Part shown: piece by piece, positions 25,913-37,300 of the stretch
Layout of the letters: each line of letters starts with the position of its first letter
Position numbering within the stretch: the first letter of the stretch is position 1
From: a virus
Lineage: Duplodnaviria; Caudoviricetes
IMG/VR virus record: IMGVR_UViG_3300021426_000004
Span: 1 to 64,000 of that record
Length of the DNA: 64,000 bases
Strand: one strand, 5' to 3'
The notes under the pieces: generated by a model
Database searches by the model: none
What the model saw: the letters and a program-made list of their open reading frames with translations, nothing else
What the model was told of the DNA's origin: nothing
Translations under genes and position numbers: made by a program

Positions 25913-28900
25913 TAATAATTACCCCCTTCCCATACTGAAATTTCTTCCATAAGCATCTGTACAAAATCATGCATTGAAATAAGTACAATGTTTCCATCGG
26001 AACCAACCTTCATAAGTTTATCAGCATTGGCAGAACCTTGATTCTTATCAAGTTTTCCACTAATATCTTGATGAGCGGTTAATACTTTTGTTCCGTTGGA
26101 ATACAAACATCCATCCGTTCCAACATATGCCGTATCATGAGAATATGTTTGAGGGTTAGCTGCTTGAGTCGTAGCACCAATAAGGAATAACTTGGACGAA
26201 CTGTTTGTAGACCCAGCTGTATTCTTTGTGTCATTATTGGTATCAGTCCATGGAACATTAACAGACAGATAACCACTCTTATCAACACCAACTGCATACT
26301 GTCTGTTTGCCGTGCTTCCCATTGCCGCCGAATCAAGCGTGGAAGCAGTCTCACTTTTGAGCTTTGTTTTGATAGTACCGCTTCCTGTAATCGTACCGCC
26401 TGTAAGGCCTACACCAGTTGCAACAGAAGTAACTGTACCATTTGTTTTAGTATATCCAGCATAATAAAGTGTTCTTGCTGTTATTAAATTTGTATCAGAT
26501 GCAGAAACTGCTGTTGAAGCTGTATTATCTGTAACACCCTTTGATGAAGCTGCGGCAAGTTTATATCCATTTACAGTATCAGCAACGGTTAACTTCTTAA
26601 CTTTAACTTCGCCTGTAGACGGATTAACTGTTGGATTGTTTTCATCAGTGTCAGAAACTACGCCATACACAGCAGTGTTTGAACTATTTGATCCCGCTTT
26701 TCCAATTGTTTGACTTCTACTTACAATAAATGGATAATCGTCATCGTATCCAGTAGTTTGCCTGTAAATTCGAATTTGTGTATTTGTATTAGAATCATAA
26801 TCAGCTCTGTGCCAGCCGTTATTGTAATATGTAAATAAAATTACAGATCCAACAGCATAATGAGTTGTCAGCTTAGAGTTTCCACTAAAGTAACAAGTTA
26901 CAGCACCAAGATTATTAATATTCAAAGTAGTCGTGCTAGCGCCAGCAACATTCGGTCGATAAAGAATCGTTAATCCATTTGAATAAGAAGTGAATCCTGT
27001 ACACGTTCCTGTCCATGTTCCGGCAGTAGTATCCGTCGTCGGACCTTCAACATAGAAAACATTTGCAATTGTATCTAGTTTCTTTTTGTCGGTGCTGGAC
27101 ATCAGACCGTTCGCGCTTTGCGTGGCTGCTGAATAAGTTGTATCACTTGATGGAATACCTAAAGCGGTAATATCAGCTTTTGCAACTGCCGTAGCGGCGG
27201 TAACGTGACCTTCGGAGTTTGTTGTAATCTTATAAAGCCCAGAACTGAAAGCACTTCCCTTGTTTGTCACAGCATGAGTATAAGCAGTATTACCATAGTC
27301 TCCACGATAGGCAGTTGAAGAAGTTGTGCCTAAAGCAAGAGAAGCACTGATCTCAACGTATGCGCTACCACTCCAGCGGTAGGTCTTGTTCGTATCCTTA
27401 GCAATGTAGATCTTTCCAGCCTCGCCAGTAGAAGGGAAAGAGGACTGCTTGTCGTATTCAAGTACATCATCAACATAAGATGGAAGCTGCGAAGAAGGAA
27501 TACGGCCGTTTGAATCAAGCTCTGCAACACCATTGGCCGCGCCTTTTTCAGAGACATTAATTTTGTTTCGATCTAACGTTCTTCCCTGAGATGCATCCAA
27601 TGCTTTACCGGTAGTTGTAGTTGTAAGATTATTCACAACTTCTACCTTTGGCGGAACATATTCTTCCACAAAAGCCAAAACAGAAGAGCCGGAATAATTT
27701 CCATTTTTTCCAATAAGAATTCTCGGACTATCTGTCAATACATATTGCTGATTCGAGCCATTGCTATAATAAAATCTTTTCCCATCAGTCCAAATATATT
27801 GTCCATTAAAGTTAGTCAAACCAGACCATGTTTTTTTACTCCAAATGGAAGTAGCTTTGTCTAATACATATTGATTTGCACTTTCACTAAGATAAATATC
27901 TTTACCATTAGTCCAAATGTTTAATCCACCAAACATTACGTTTGTTCCGTTCCACGTTTTTTGTGACCAAGTGGAAGTAGATTTATTTAATACATACGTG
28001 TATCCGGCACTATAATAAGTATTTTCTCCATCTGTCCAAATATTATTGCCGTAAAAATTAGTCAATCCAGACCATGTCTTAACATTCCAGGCAGAATTAG
28101 ATTTATCCAAAACATAATGCTGTGTACCATTGCTACAATAAATATTATTTCCATCTGTCCAGATATATGCTCCATATATATTTGATCCATTATTGTTCCA
28201 CGTCTTAGTACTCCAAGTAGAAGTGGATTTATTTAAAACAAACTGTCCATTACCAGCACTAAAATAAATATTCTCTCCATCAGTCCATATGCTATCTCCA
28301 TTAAAACTGGTTATTCCAGACCATGACTTAGTAGTCCAAGTAGAAGTAGATTTATCTAAGACACGTTGTGTTGTGCTATAACTGAAATATACATTCTCTC
28401 CATCAGTCCAAATATATTGTCCACCAGGAGCTAAAGTACTACCCCAGGTTTCAACAGACCAATTATCTAATTCTATTTCGTATTTAAGTGGATCACTTGG
28501 AACTGGAACATTCTCTTTTATAAACTTTTTTACAGGAACAGAAACATATTTACCATTATTACTTACGTAAAGCTTTTTAATATTATTTGATATCATATAC
28601 TGATTTTCATACCAGCTATAATAAATATTCTCTCCATCAGTCCATATGGCACGGCCACTAAATCCACTAAAGCCACTCCACGTCTTAGTGTCCCATGTAG
28701 AAGTAGATTTATCTAAGACAAATTGAGTTGATGAACCAAAACTATAATAAATATTCTCACCGTCGGTCCAGATATCATTACCATTAATTCCGCTAAAACC
28801 ATTCCACGTATTAGTATTCCAAGTAGATGTGGATTTATCTAAGACAAAATGTTTTGATTCGTAGCTGTAATCATAATAAATATTCTCTCCATCAGTCCAG

Positions 28901-31158
28901 ATATATTGACCATCATAACTAGTCAATCCGCTCCACGTTTTAGTATTCCAAGTAGAAGTAGATTTGTCTAAAACATATTGTTTTGCACTTTCACTAAGAT
29001 AAATATCTTTACCATCAGTCCATATATTAGTTCCACTGAAATTACTCAGCCCACTCCACGTCTTAGTATTCCAAGTAGAAGTAGATTTATCTAAAACTCT
29101 TTGGCCAGAGCTATTACTATAATAAATATTCTCACCGTCAGTCCAGATATTATCGCCACTAAAGCTACTTATCCCATTCCACGTTTTAGTATTCCAAGTT
29201 GAAGTGGATTTATCTAAAATATACTGATCTGAATCACTACTATAATAAACATTCTCTCCATCTGTCCAAATACGATCACCAATAAAACTGGTCAATCCAT
29301 TCCATTGCTTTTCGAAAATGCCTATCTCATATTCTTTATCCAAAAAGTCTTTGGCACTCTTGTTACTATCCGTAAGATTGCCTTCAGCGTCCAGAGCAGC
29401 AAAGTTTCCAGCTGTTGCGTTTGCAACCTTGTCCGCCTTTTCGTAAAGCGCCATGGCGGTATCTGTATTCACAGGATAAATCAGTTCCGTGATATCCCCG
29501 GTGTCTGCCCAAATATGATTGAGTCCAAGCAAGGTACGGACTTGAGGGGCGGAAAGCTGATAGAGCATAGGACTTGCAATCTTATAACAGACTTGAACAG
29601 GATGCTCCGCAAGCCATTCCTTTGCTTCTGCTATTGTAAGTTCTGTGAACAACCCATAACGGATTCTAATATCTCTTCCGTTAGCAAATCCAAAGCCTAT
29701 ATCAGCATTAGTATTGCCAATGGCTTGCTCTGTAAACATATTTGATATGCCATCTGTTGGTGTCCCGTAATAATAGATCGAAGATTCCGGTGTATATCTT
29801 ACATATTTGTACGTGCCCCCACCAACACCATACCCAGTGCCGCTACCATCTATCTCAAAAAATGCCCTATCCACCACCAACTCTCCTGTGCCATCTGCGT
29901 GGATGGTAAGGTTTCCGCCGTAAACTGTTCCGGCTTCTGCGGGGAGAGTGACTTCGTAGGTCTGACCAAAACCCTCATATTCTGTAGGAATCATACTGTC
30001 TTCCACAAACATTGATTTCAAATACACTTGCTGATTTAAGTAAACAGGCAACCTGACATATGCACCATTATCTGGAACGACAATAATGTTTCCATCGTTA
30101 CCTAATGCCTCGCTTGACTTTAACCATCTTTTATCCTTATCAAAGCACGCAATTCTTGGTGCGTTATGTGTTCCTGCCGATTTATTTGCAGGAACACCGT
30201 TTATTGCCCAGTAATATGTCGTACCCGGTTTCACTTTTATATAGTCAGTACAATAATAGTTTTGTGCACTTACAGTTTGACCTGCAGAATTGTAATAAAA
30301 TTTATTTGCCGATATGTTCGCATCTTTATCAAACAGATTCTTTCCAGTCCTGCTAACCTTCACGCCATTCCACCCGGTGATCGGGCAGATGTTGGTGAAA
30401 GGGGCATAGTCCGTGGCTTCGCTTCCTAATTCAAACTGCGCTTCTTTATCATTTTTGCAATAGGATATCCTTATGGAATCAACACCACTCGGAATAGTTA
30501 CTGTAATACTGTATTTTGTACCAATAGGCTTTGTACCATCTGCTACCCCTAACTGTTTCATCCATGTATCGCCAGAATATCCATGTACCCTCCGTGACCA
30601 AGAAGTGCTATAATCGCTTATGGCACTGAATGTATACGTTTCTCCAGCAGTTACGTAAATCAGTTCTGAATAATTTCCGGTAGTGTTGCTGACAATTTCA
30701 CCGGCTTCATTCACAGCTTTATTAATAACATTGGTGGATTCATCAAGTAGATTCTTCCCATCACCACCCGGCCACGGATTCTCATACCCATGCAGATCCT
30801 GCACAGGCTCAATGGCAATCCGCATCTCTCGTACAGGCAGATCGTCTGCACCATCATCAATCGTGATGATAGAGCCCGTGGTAGCGGTCTTGTAGATGGC
30901 ACCGGCAAAATCTTCCGCACTCTTTCCGCTATCCGTCAGATTTCCGGTTGCGTCGAGTCCGGCGAAATTACCGGCAGTCGCATTGGTTACTTTATCGGCC
31001 TTGTTTGTAGGATCGGGAACGGTATCCGGAACAAGATTGCCGTCATTTCCAACTTTCATGAACTTTCCGGCGTTGACAGTACCCTGGTTTTTTTTAAGCA
31101 AATTACTGATTAATCGTGTGATTTTTTCTATTGACCAACTCTTAAGAGTATCACTCAT
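25912..31158 (-). CDS. large tail fibre/adhesin with two repeat (beta-propeller-like) blocks
   Basis: GKNL(L/F)D domains, 12 WTDG repeats, fibre modules. Confidence 0.8.
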   Translation of the reverse strand: MSDTLKSWSIEKITRLISNLLKKNQGTVNAGKFMKVGNDGNLVPDTVPDPTNKADKVTNATAGNFAGLDATGNLTDSGKSAEDFAGAIYKTATTGSIITIDDGADDLPVREMRIAIEPVQDLHGYENPWPGGDGKNLLDESTNVINKAVNEAGEIVSNTTGNYSELIYVTAGETYTFSAISDYSTSWSRRVHGYSGDTWMKQLGVADGTKPIGTKYSITVTIPSGVDSIRISYCKNDKEAQFELGSEATDYAPFTNICPITGWNGVKVSRTGKNLFDKDANISANKFYYNSAGQTVSAQNYYCTDYIKVKPGTTYYWAINGVPANKSAGTHNAPRIACFDKDKRWLKSSEALGNDGNIIVVPDNGAYVRLPVYLNQQVYLKSMFVEDSMIPTEYEGFGQTYEVTLPAEAGTVYGGNLTIHADGTGELVVDRAFFEIDGSGTGYGVGGGTYKYVRYTPESSIYYYGTPTDGISNMFTEQAIGNTNADIGFGFANGRDIRIRYGLFTELTIAEAKEWLAEHPVQVCYKIASPMLYQLSAPQVRTLLGLNHIWADTGDITELIYPVNTDTAMALYEKADKVANATAGNFAALDAEGNLTDSNKSAKDFLDKEYEIGIFEKQWNGLTSFIGDRIWTDGENVYYSSDSDQYILDKSTSTWNTKTWNGISSFSGDNIWTDGENIYYSNSSGQRVLDKSTSTWNTKTWSGLSNFSGTNIWTDGKDIYLSESAKQYVLDKSTSTWNTKTWSGLTSYDGQYIWTDGENIYYDYSYESKHFVLDKSTSTWNTNTWNGFSGINGNDIWTDGENIYYSFGSSTQFVLDKSTSTWDTKTWSGFSGFSGRAIWTDGENIYYSWYENQYMISNNIKKLYVSNNGKYVSVPVKKFIKENVPVPSDPLKYEIELDNWSVETWGSTLAPGGQYIWTDGENVYFSYSTTQRVLDKSTSTWTTKSWSGITSFNGDSIWTDGENIYFSAGNGQFVLNKSTSTWSTKTWNNNGSNIYGAYIWTDGNNIYCSNGTQHYVLDKSNSAWNVKTWSGLTNFYGNNIWTDGENTYYSAGYTYVLNKSTSTWSQKTWNGTNVMFGGLNIWTNGKDIYLSESANQYVLDKATSIWSKKTWSGLTNFNGQYIWTDGKRFYYSNGSNQQYVLTDSPRILIGKNGNYSGSSVLAFVEEYVPPKVEVVNNLTTTTTGKALDASQGRTLDRNKINVSEKGAANGVAELDSNGRIPSSQLPSYVDDVLEYDKQSSFPSTGEAGKIYIAKDTNKTYRWSGSAYVEISASLALGTTSSTAYRGDYGNTAYTHAVTNKGSAFSSGLYKITTNSEGHVTAATAVAKADITALGIPSSDTTYSAATQSANGLMSSTDKKKLDTIANVFYVEGPTTDTTAGTWTGTCTGFTSYSNGLTILYRPNVAGASTTTLNINNLGAVTCYFSGNSKLTTHYAVGSVILFTYYNNGWHRADYDSNTNTQIRIYRQTTGYDDDYPFIVSRSQTIGKAGSNSSNTAVYGVVSDTDENNPTVNPSTGEVKVKKLTVADTVNGYKLAAASSKGVTDNTASTAVSASDTNLITARTLYYAGYTKTNGTVTSVATGVGLTGGTITGSGTIKTKLKSETASTLDSAAMGSTANRQYAVGVDKSGYLSVNVPWTDTNNDTKNTAGSTNSSSKLFLIGATTQAANPQTYSHDTAYVGTDGCLYSNGTKVLTAHQDISGKLDKNQGSANADKLMKVGSDGNIVLISMHDFVQMLMEEISVWEGGNY

Positions 31159-31173
31159 TATTCATCATCACCC

Positions 31174-32325
31174 TTATAAAGAGGCAACAATCTCATCGAT
31201 TTCTGCCTCCGTAATGAGCGGATAATCCGCACTCTTCATGTAACCTGAAAGATCGACTGACGGTCTGCCAATCTCTTCAAACTTGTTTGCATTTGAATTC
31301 CAAACATATTCGATAAAGTTGTTCGTTCCACTACCGCTTGCATCAGGCACAAAGTAGAATGTACCAGCTTTTCCCGTTGCAGGAAGTGACTGAACAAATT
31401 CAAACGAAATTCCTGTAATTCCACTGAGAGCATTTGTAATCGCCGTTCCGACGAATTCAGTTGTTGCAATTTGCGTTGTGTTTGTACCAGCATTTGCTGT
31501 AGGAGCTTTAGGAGTTCCTGTAAATGTAGGACTTGCAATGTTTGCTTTTCCTGAAATATCTTGGTGAGCTGTGATTACAGTGCCAAGGTCAACAACACCG
31601 CTTGTACCCTTACTTGCACCATTCATTTTGATACCTGTAATTGTACCTACGTTGGCTGTTGCACCTTCTGCGATACCGTCAAGTTTTGTCTTGTCTGATG
31701 CGCTCATCAAGCCGTCTACTGTGGTTGTAGCCGGGTCGTATGTTGTATTCGTCCACGGGACTTCTACGTAGGCTTTTCCATCAGACAATGCAACGGGATA
31801 TTTCTTTCCTGTTTGGCTAAACCCGATTTTGATTCCGCCAAGTGTTGAAGAGGATGCGGTTTGAAGAGATGGAAGCGTTATTTCAACGTTTGTTCCATCG
31901 CTACCGCTTAATGTGATTTTATTTGGGTTTGTTCCATCCTGTGTGATGGTATAAGTTGTGTTATTGTCGGGAGGCGCACTCCAACTTCCGTCTGCTTTCA
32001 AGTATTTGTCCTGATTTCCTTTAGTAGGGGCAGGAACAGCACCAACAGTACCATTACTGCTTGAATTAGCTCCTCCGAAGACGGGGATGTTAACTGCTTT
32101 GCTTGACACAGTAAGTGCCGTGCCATTCAGCTTTACACCCTCAAGAACATTAACTTGAGCGCCAGCAGCAATACCTTCAAGCTTCGTCTTCAGAGCATTT
32201 GTAAAGTCTTCTGTACTAAGACCTTTTCCGGTCTGTGCTTTTTGAAACGTATCCCATATAATGCCAAGCAGGTAGGACAGTTCGTCCTTAGACATTGTAA
32301 AACCCTGTACAGCCATTATTTTCAC
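31174..32325 (-). CDS. tail fibre protein
   Basis: GLSTEDFT, GLMSASDK, SPTFTGTPKAPT..TTQIATT. Confidence 0.8.
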   Translation of the reverse strand: MKIMAVQGFTMSKDELSYLLGIIWDTFQKAQTGKGLSTEDFTNALKTKLEGIAAGAQVNVLEGVKLNGTALTVSSKAVNIPVFGGANSSSNGTVGAVPAPTKGNQDKYLKADGSWSAPPDNNTTYTITQDGTNPNKITLSGSDGTNVEITLPSLQTASSSTLGGIKIGFSQTGKKYPVALSDGKAYVEVPWTNTTYDPATTTVDGLMSASDKTKLDGIAEGATANVGTITGIKMNGASKGTSGVVDLGTVITAHQDISGKANIASPTFTGTPKAPTANAGTNTTQIATTEFVGTAITNALSGITGISFEFVQSLPATGKAGTFYFVPDASGSGTNNFIEYVWNSNANKFEEIGRPSVDLSGYMKSADYPLITEAEIDEIVASL

Positions 32326-32333
32326 CTCATTGA

Positions 32334-32600
32334 TTAAAGATTGTTGATGATCTCTCTGATTTCCGACCTTGTGATAAGCGGAAGCTCATCCTGTAAGCCT
32401 AATTCAGATGATGTCTTGTTGCCGATCAGCGTTGTGCTGTTGATTTGTGGATGATGAATAAGCTTTTCATAATCATTTTCGTAGGTTATAGCTTTCTTTT
32501 CCAACCCGATTTGTATATCGTTTTTACCTGTTCCAAGACCGATTTGAATATTGGGGGTTTTTCTTTCAACAGCAATTGTAATGTCCAATGCTTTAGACAT
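32334..32600 (-). CDS. fibre-associated small protein
   Basis: DYEKL..PQIN..LIG..ELGL. Confidence 0.6.
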   Translation of the reverse strand: MSKALDITIAVERKTPNIQIGLGTGKNDIQIGLEKKAITYENDYEKLIHHPQINSTTLIGNKTSSELGLQDELPLITRSEIREIINNL

Positions 32601-32937
32601 TTCCGATCACCTCAGCGATTGTAAAAACAGCAGGAGACATTGGCGTATATGGTTCATTTTCTCCATAATAATTTGGAAAACGAATATCCCAAAGATAATT
32701 ACCAAATTCAAGATTTTTTGTATCAGAATTGTTTATCTGTACAACAATTTGAGAATTGATTACTTCCAATATTTTTTTTATTTCAGGACGATCTTGAAAT
32801 TGAGTTTTCTTCACAGAAAATAAAACTTTTTCACCATTTTCAGGGACATCTTCTCCAGTTAGTGTAATGGTAAAAGGTTCACAGTCTCCTCTTGTAATTG
32901 TTATATTTGTTCCTTCAATCTTAATCATATGAACCAC
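32593..32937 (-). CDS. BppU-like Ig-fold adaptor
   Basis: ITITRGD...FSVKK...DT..L..G.Y.WDI. Confidence 0.6.
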   Translation of the reverse strand: MVHMIKIEGTNITITRGDCEPFTITLTGEDVPENGEKVLFSVKKTQFQDRPEIKKILEVINSQIVVQINNSDTKNLEFGNYLWDIRFPNYYGENEPYTPMSPAVFTIAEVIGNV

Positions 32938-32953
32938 CTCAATGTTTCATATA

Positions 32954-33877
32954 TTAAGAATTAACGCCATTGGAAATAGCAGCATCAATTTCAGCGTTGG
33001 AAAGAGCTTGCACTGCAGTATAAACATCAGAAGCATACTGCTTAACACCATGAACTGTCATTGTTGCAGCAGTATCTGTAGACGAACCGAGAATTGCGTT
33101 AGCAGCGCCAGCAGCGTCAAAAGCAGAGCTAGCCATAAAGGCGGCAGTTCCGAGGCCATGAACAGGCACTTCATTTCCATCAACATCAATTGTCCCGTTG
33201 GTTGAACCCTCGCTAATATTCTGAACAGCAGATTGACTAAGAGCTATCTGAGAGCGAAGATTCGGATCAAGTTTTGAAGATGTAATAGAATTGTCTGAAA
33301 TAGTCGCAGTAACACGATGCTGACTATCAATGTCAATCATAATTGCGTCACCGGCCTGAGAGCCCGATGTTACATACTCAATAAGATTTGACACATTAAT
33401 ATACAGATCGCTCTGATCTGCATTTGCAAGTACAAGATGGATATAAGTTCCTGCAGGACCCCATGCTCCAGATCCTGATTTCGTTTCAACTGAACCAGAC
33501 TGAACAACCATATCCTTTGGAATATTAATATCTACGCCTACTTTTGTTCCTTGTCCAGATCCATGAGTATATTTCATGAGCTGATAAACAGCTGCATAAT
33601 CACCGCTGTTTGTTGCTTTAACAACAGCGTAAGTATCTTGCACATCAGGCGCTTGAACATACAGACCTTTATTTCCGGTTGTTTTCAGTTGAAGTAAGTT
33701 TCCTTCTTCCGCTGAAATCTGAACGGATATACCGGCGTCGCTATCGACAGAAATAGAGTCGTCAGCGGCCTGAACATTGGCAATACGATTATCATAACGT
33801 TCTTTAATTTTATCCCAAAGATGACCTACACCTGTGGAATTAAGAAACTTTTTTGTTTCTATAGGTTCATATGCCAT
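32954..33877 (-). CDS. fibre/structural protein
   Basis: KFLNSTGV N motif, DINIPKDMVV, LSNAEIDA C motif. Confidence 0.7.
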   Translation of the reverse strand: MAYEPIETKKFLNSTGVGHLWDKIKERYDNRIANVQAADDSISVDSDAGISVQISAEEGNLLQLKTTGNKGLYVQAPDVQDTYAVVKATNSGDYAAVYQLMKYTHGSGQGTKVGVDINIPKDMVVQSGSVETKSGSGAWGPAGTYIHLVLANADQSDLYINVSNLIEYVTSGSQAGDAIMIDIDSQHRVTATISDNSITSSKLDPNLRSQIALSQSAVQNISEGSTNGTIDVDGNEVPVHGLGTAAFMASSAFDAAGAANAILGSSTDTAATMTVHGVKQYASDVYTAVQALSNAEIDAAISNGVNS

Positions 33878-33904
33878 AGTTGAGCACTCCTTTCGGATTT
33901 ATAA

Positions 33905-33940
33905 GAACACGCAGGGCGGCCAAAACCGCCCTGCGTGTTC
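33905..33940. other. perfect 15-bp intergenic hairpin
   Basis: GAACACGCAGGGCGG-CCAAAA-CCGCCCTGCGTGTTC. Confidence 0.75.
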
Positions 33941-33942
33941 AT

Positions 33943-34365
33943 TTAAGAATTAAGCTTTTCGTTTAAGAGTTCGATTTGTTTTTGCTGTTCTACAACTAAT
34001 TCCCTTAATTCAGCTAAGGAAAGTTTCTTTTCAGGTTGTTCCTGAACAGGAACTTCATGCACTTCTTCAGCAGGAATTACGATTTCATCAATTTCAACAG
34101 TTTCGCCTTCACCAAGAAGATCTCTTAAATCATTGTATTCTGATTCAGCAATGATAACGACTTTTGCGTTGTCATAACCTTTTGCTTCATCCGGATGTTG
34201 TTTCATCCATGAATCTCTGTATATGTGATCCTCTTTATAGGACTGTACGAACTGACCTTCATCTGTAGAACAAATATTGAATTTGTGCTTGTTGATGTTC
34301 CATTTAAGAAATACAGTGCCAACATCAACAACAATATCGTTTCTGATAACTTTAAAGTATGTCAT
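33943..34365 (-). CDS. hypothetical protein (possible fibre chaperone)
   Basis: follows giant structural gene; C-terminal coiled coil. Confidence 0.6.
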   Translation of the reverse strand: MTYFKVIRNDIVVDVGTVFLKWNINKHKFNICSTDEGQFVQSYKEDHIYRDSWMKQHPDEAKGYDNAKVVIIAESEYNDLRDLLGEGETVEIDEIVIPAEEVHEVPVQEQPEKKLSLAELRELVVEQQKQIELLNEKLNS

Positions 34366-34381
34366 GTTTTACACTCCTTCC

Positions 34382-37300
34382 TTAAATAGAGAACATCAGT
34401 ATGATGCCGCGACGACCGTATTCAGGATAAAGCACAAAAGTACTTGTGGGCTGACCAGTAGGCCAGATTGTCCACTGACTTGAAGTAGAGTTAGCCTGTG
34501 CGGTTGTGTTATTGGATCTCGTCCAGTAAGTAATCGAGCGTACCCATAATCCACCCTGTGTTCCGGTTGCGACAATATTGTTGGAAGTTTCCGTAATGTT
34601 ACGGCCGCCAAGATAACCATGCCTATCAGCAGTAGTCTGTGTTACATACACATAAGCTCTGTCGCCTCTGATCCATACGTCGCCTTCCTTAACGTTATAA
34701 GTGCCGGTATAAAGCGTAGGATCGCTGTCAACTGTGTAGTATTGAGCGTCTTCCGGAATAGTAATACCCATAAACCTTACACGGCTCTTGTTGTCAATAC
34801 ACCAGCTGATTTGAGTACTTTCTGCTCTGTTAAGGTTCTGAGCGCCAGAGTACAGGTCAGCAATAGAAGGAATATAAAGTTTATCCGTGGTGTATTCAAG
34901 AACATTATAGTTGTCGGCACCACCCTTGGTAGGAATACTGACAGGACTGATAATGGACTGCCAAGAATATGGAAGGGCATTAAAGCATCTGTCGTTAATG
35001 AAAGATCTCACAAGTGAGTTCTTCCAGCCACCGGTTGTATAGATCTGGTTAAGACTGTCCGGTTCATACATTTCGTAAAACTGAGGCAACGGAGCGTTCA
35101 TAATAAACGAAGCGCCATCCATTAAACCAGTACCATCATCCTTATTGTAGAGATGGTTTCCACGATAATGCATTCTCCAGACTTCATGAGGCCAGCTTGC
35201 CAGTTCGTTAGAGACACTTGTTCCAAGATCGTCATACCAGATCTTTGCCCAGTGAATCCATCCTTTAGCAGGGAAACGAGAACCCTGGCTACCGTAAGCC
35301 ATAGCTCCAAACGAAAGAACAGAATCAGTCTGAGTATCCTGTGCACGCACAAGTTCAGTGGTAAATCCACTTGCATTATATGCGTCGTACCTATTCTCAT
35401 TGTTAGAAGGATAATCGTCGCCGCCGTATGTTGACGTATGAAGTACATAACGGCCGCCATTATCGGAAGAAACAAGCAGGTTTCTTGATCCTTTACGGTG
35501 TCTTAAGACAAGGATGCCACGGTTTAATCCGTGTCCAACGATAGCTGTCTTATCACCCCAAAGAACCTGAACGCTCTGGTTTTCATTGGTGTTTCCTGCT
35601 AAGTAATAATATACCCTGAAACCTTCAGTGCTTCCGGTAGAGTCACAGCAGCTGATCATTGTTGCGTTGGTTGTTGCTTCAGTGAATTCATAATCGATAG
35701 CAATTGTAAAGCTTGGAGCATCAGCGTCAAACAGCCTGATATTTTCTTTCTTTACAATTTCGGTGCCGTCGAAATATTTATTTTCAAGAAGCACTTCCGA
35801 TTGTACATTCGAGAAGTCAAAGTCTTTACCAACCTTAATATCAACATAGTCCTCGTCATGGAAGTAGTTAGAAGAGTTATAGGTTTTTGCAATACCGTAA
35901 ATCTGGGCAATAGACAAATCTTTAAGATTGACAGAGCCAGACGGAATAGTAGCACGATCCCAAATTGCGTACACATCTACATCTTCAGTAATGAATCCAG
36001 TAGACTTATCCCAGTTGAGGAACACCCAGAAGTAAAGGTTCTCTTCTTCGTCCGTTTTGGTCGGAGGGAATACATGATCCTCATCCTGATAGATTACTTC
36101 AGAACCATACTCAGCATAGGTTGTTTTTAAGAGAACACCTGTCTGAGCAAACCAGCGCACACGATACGTTCTGACGGCACTTGAATAAGTTGCGATAACA
36201 TTTCTGTTATCCATTACAGCACCGGAGATGTTTTGCCATCCTGTATATGTGTAAGTATACTGTGCTGTTGGTTCCATTGTAGGAGTATCAATATCTCCGT
36301 TTTCCACAGGATCAACAATTGTTTGACCACGATCCACATACTGGATGTAGTCTTTGCCAAGCCTGTCTTTAACCGTTGTTCCATCCGGATTGGAGAACGT
36401 GATCTGGAATTCTTCAAGAATATTATGATACGTAACAACAAGGTCTGGCCATGCAACACTATATTCATTCAGATTTCTCTGCCTCATAGACGGAGCATAA
36501 GCTTCACCGGCAAGAACAGATTGATCAATAGTGTGGTTGCTTTCATTTAAGCCTTGCAGACGAAGCATTCTGTTCAGCATATTTGCATTCGGCATAATCC
36601 ATTCAATGCCAATCAAACGAACAATCTGAAGATTCTCTGCTGCGCTTGCAATCATATAAGAATCGATTCCGGGAGTGTTTTCATATCTAAATGAAATCAA
36701 TCCGGAATAGTCTGTAATAGCAAAGTTCTCGTCTTTAAGATATGCAAGATTCAGAAGGCTTAAAGAAGTAGGCCTGTTAAGAATAGCACTGGATAACAGA
36801 CCGCCATCTGCAAATGAATATGCTGTAAACCCAGATCCTGTTGCATCAAGAGTTGTTAAAGATAAACATCCTGTCAAATCTAATGGTGAATTAGCGTTTG
36901 GTAAATTCTGGACATACAATCTTTCAAGCATAGTATTATTATCAAGTGAAAGACTCTTTAAGAAAGTATTTTCATATCCAATGTCGTTTGAACCAAGAGA
37001 CAATTCTCTTAATCTTGTCGCATCTGAGAAAACACAAGTATCTGCATATAAGTGTTCCATGCCGCTTATAGCCTGGATCATTGATGCAGTATTAACAACA
37101 ATCATCGTGTTATTTATCAATGATCCTTTTGAGAAAGGAATTGTAATAGGAACGTTTTTAGCAGCCTTAATTGGAGCCCATGCCGTAGTACCAACATTAA
37201 TAGAAATATACATTTTATTGTACATTGTAACTGTCAGTGTTCCACTAGGTTCAACGCCTCCAAGTTCAGCCCTAAGAACATAACCTGTTCTGTTATTATA

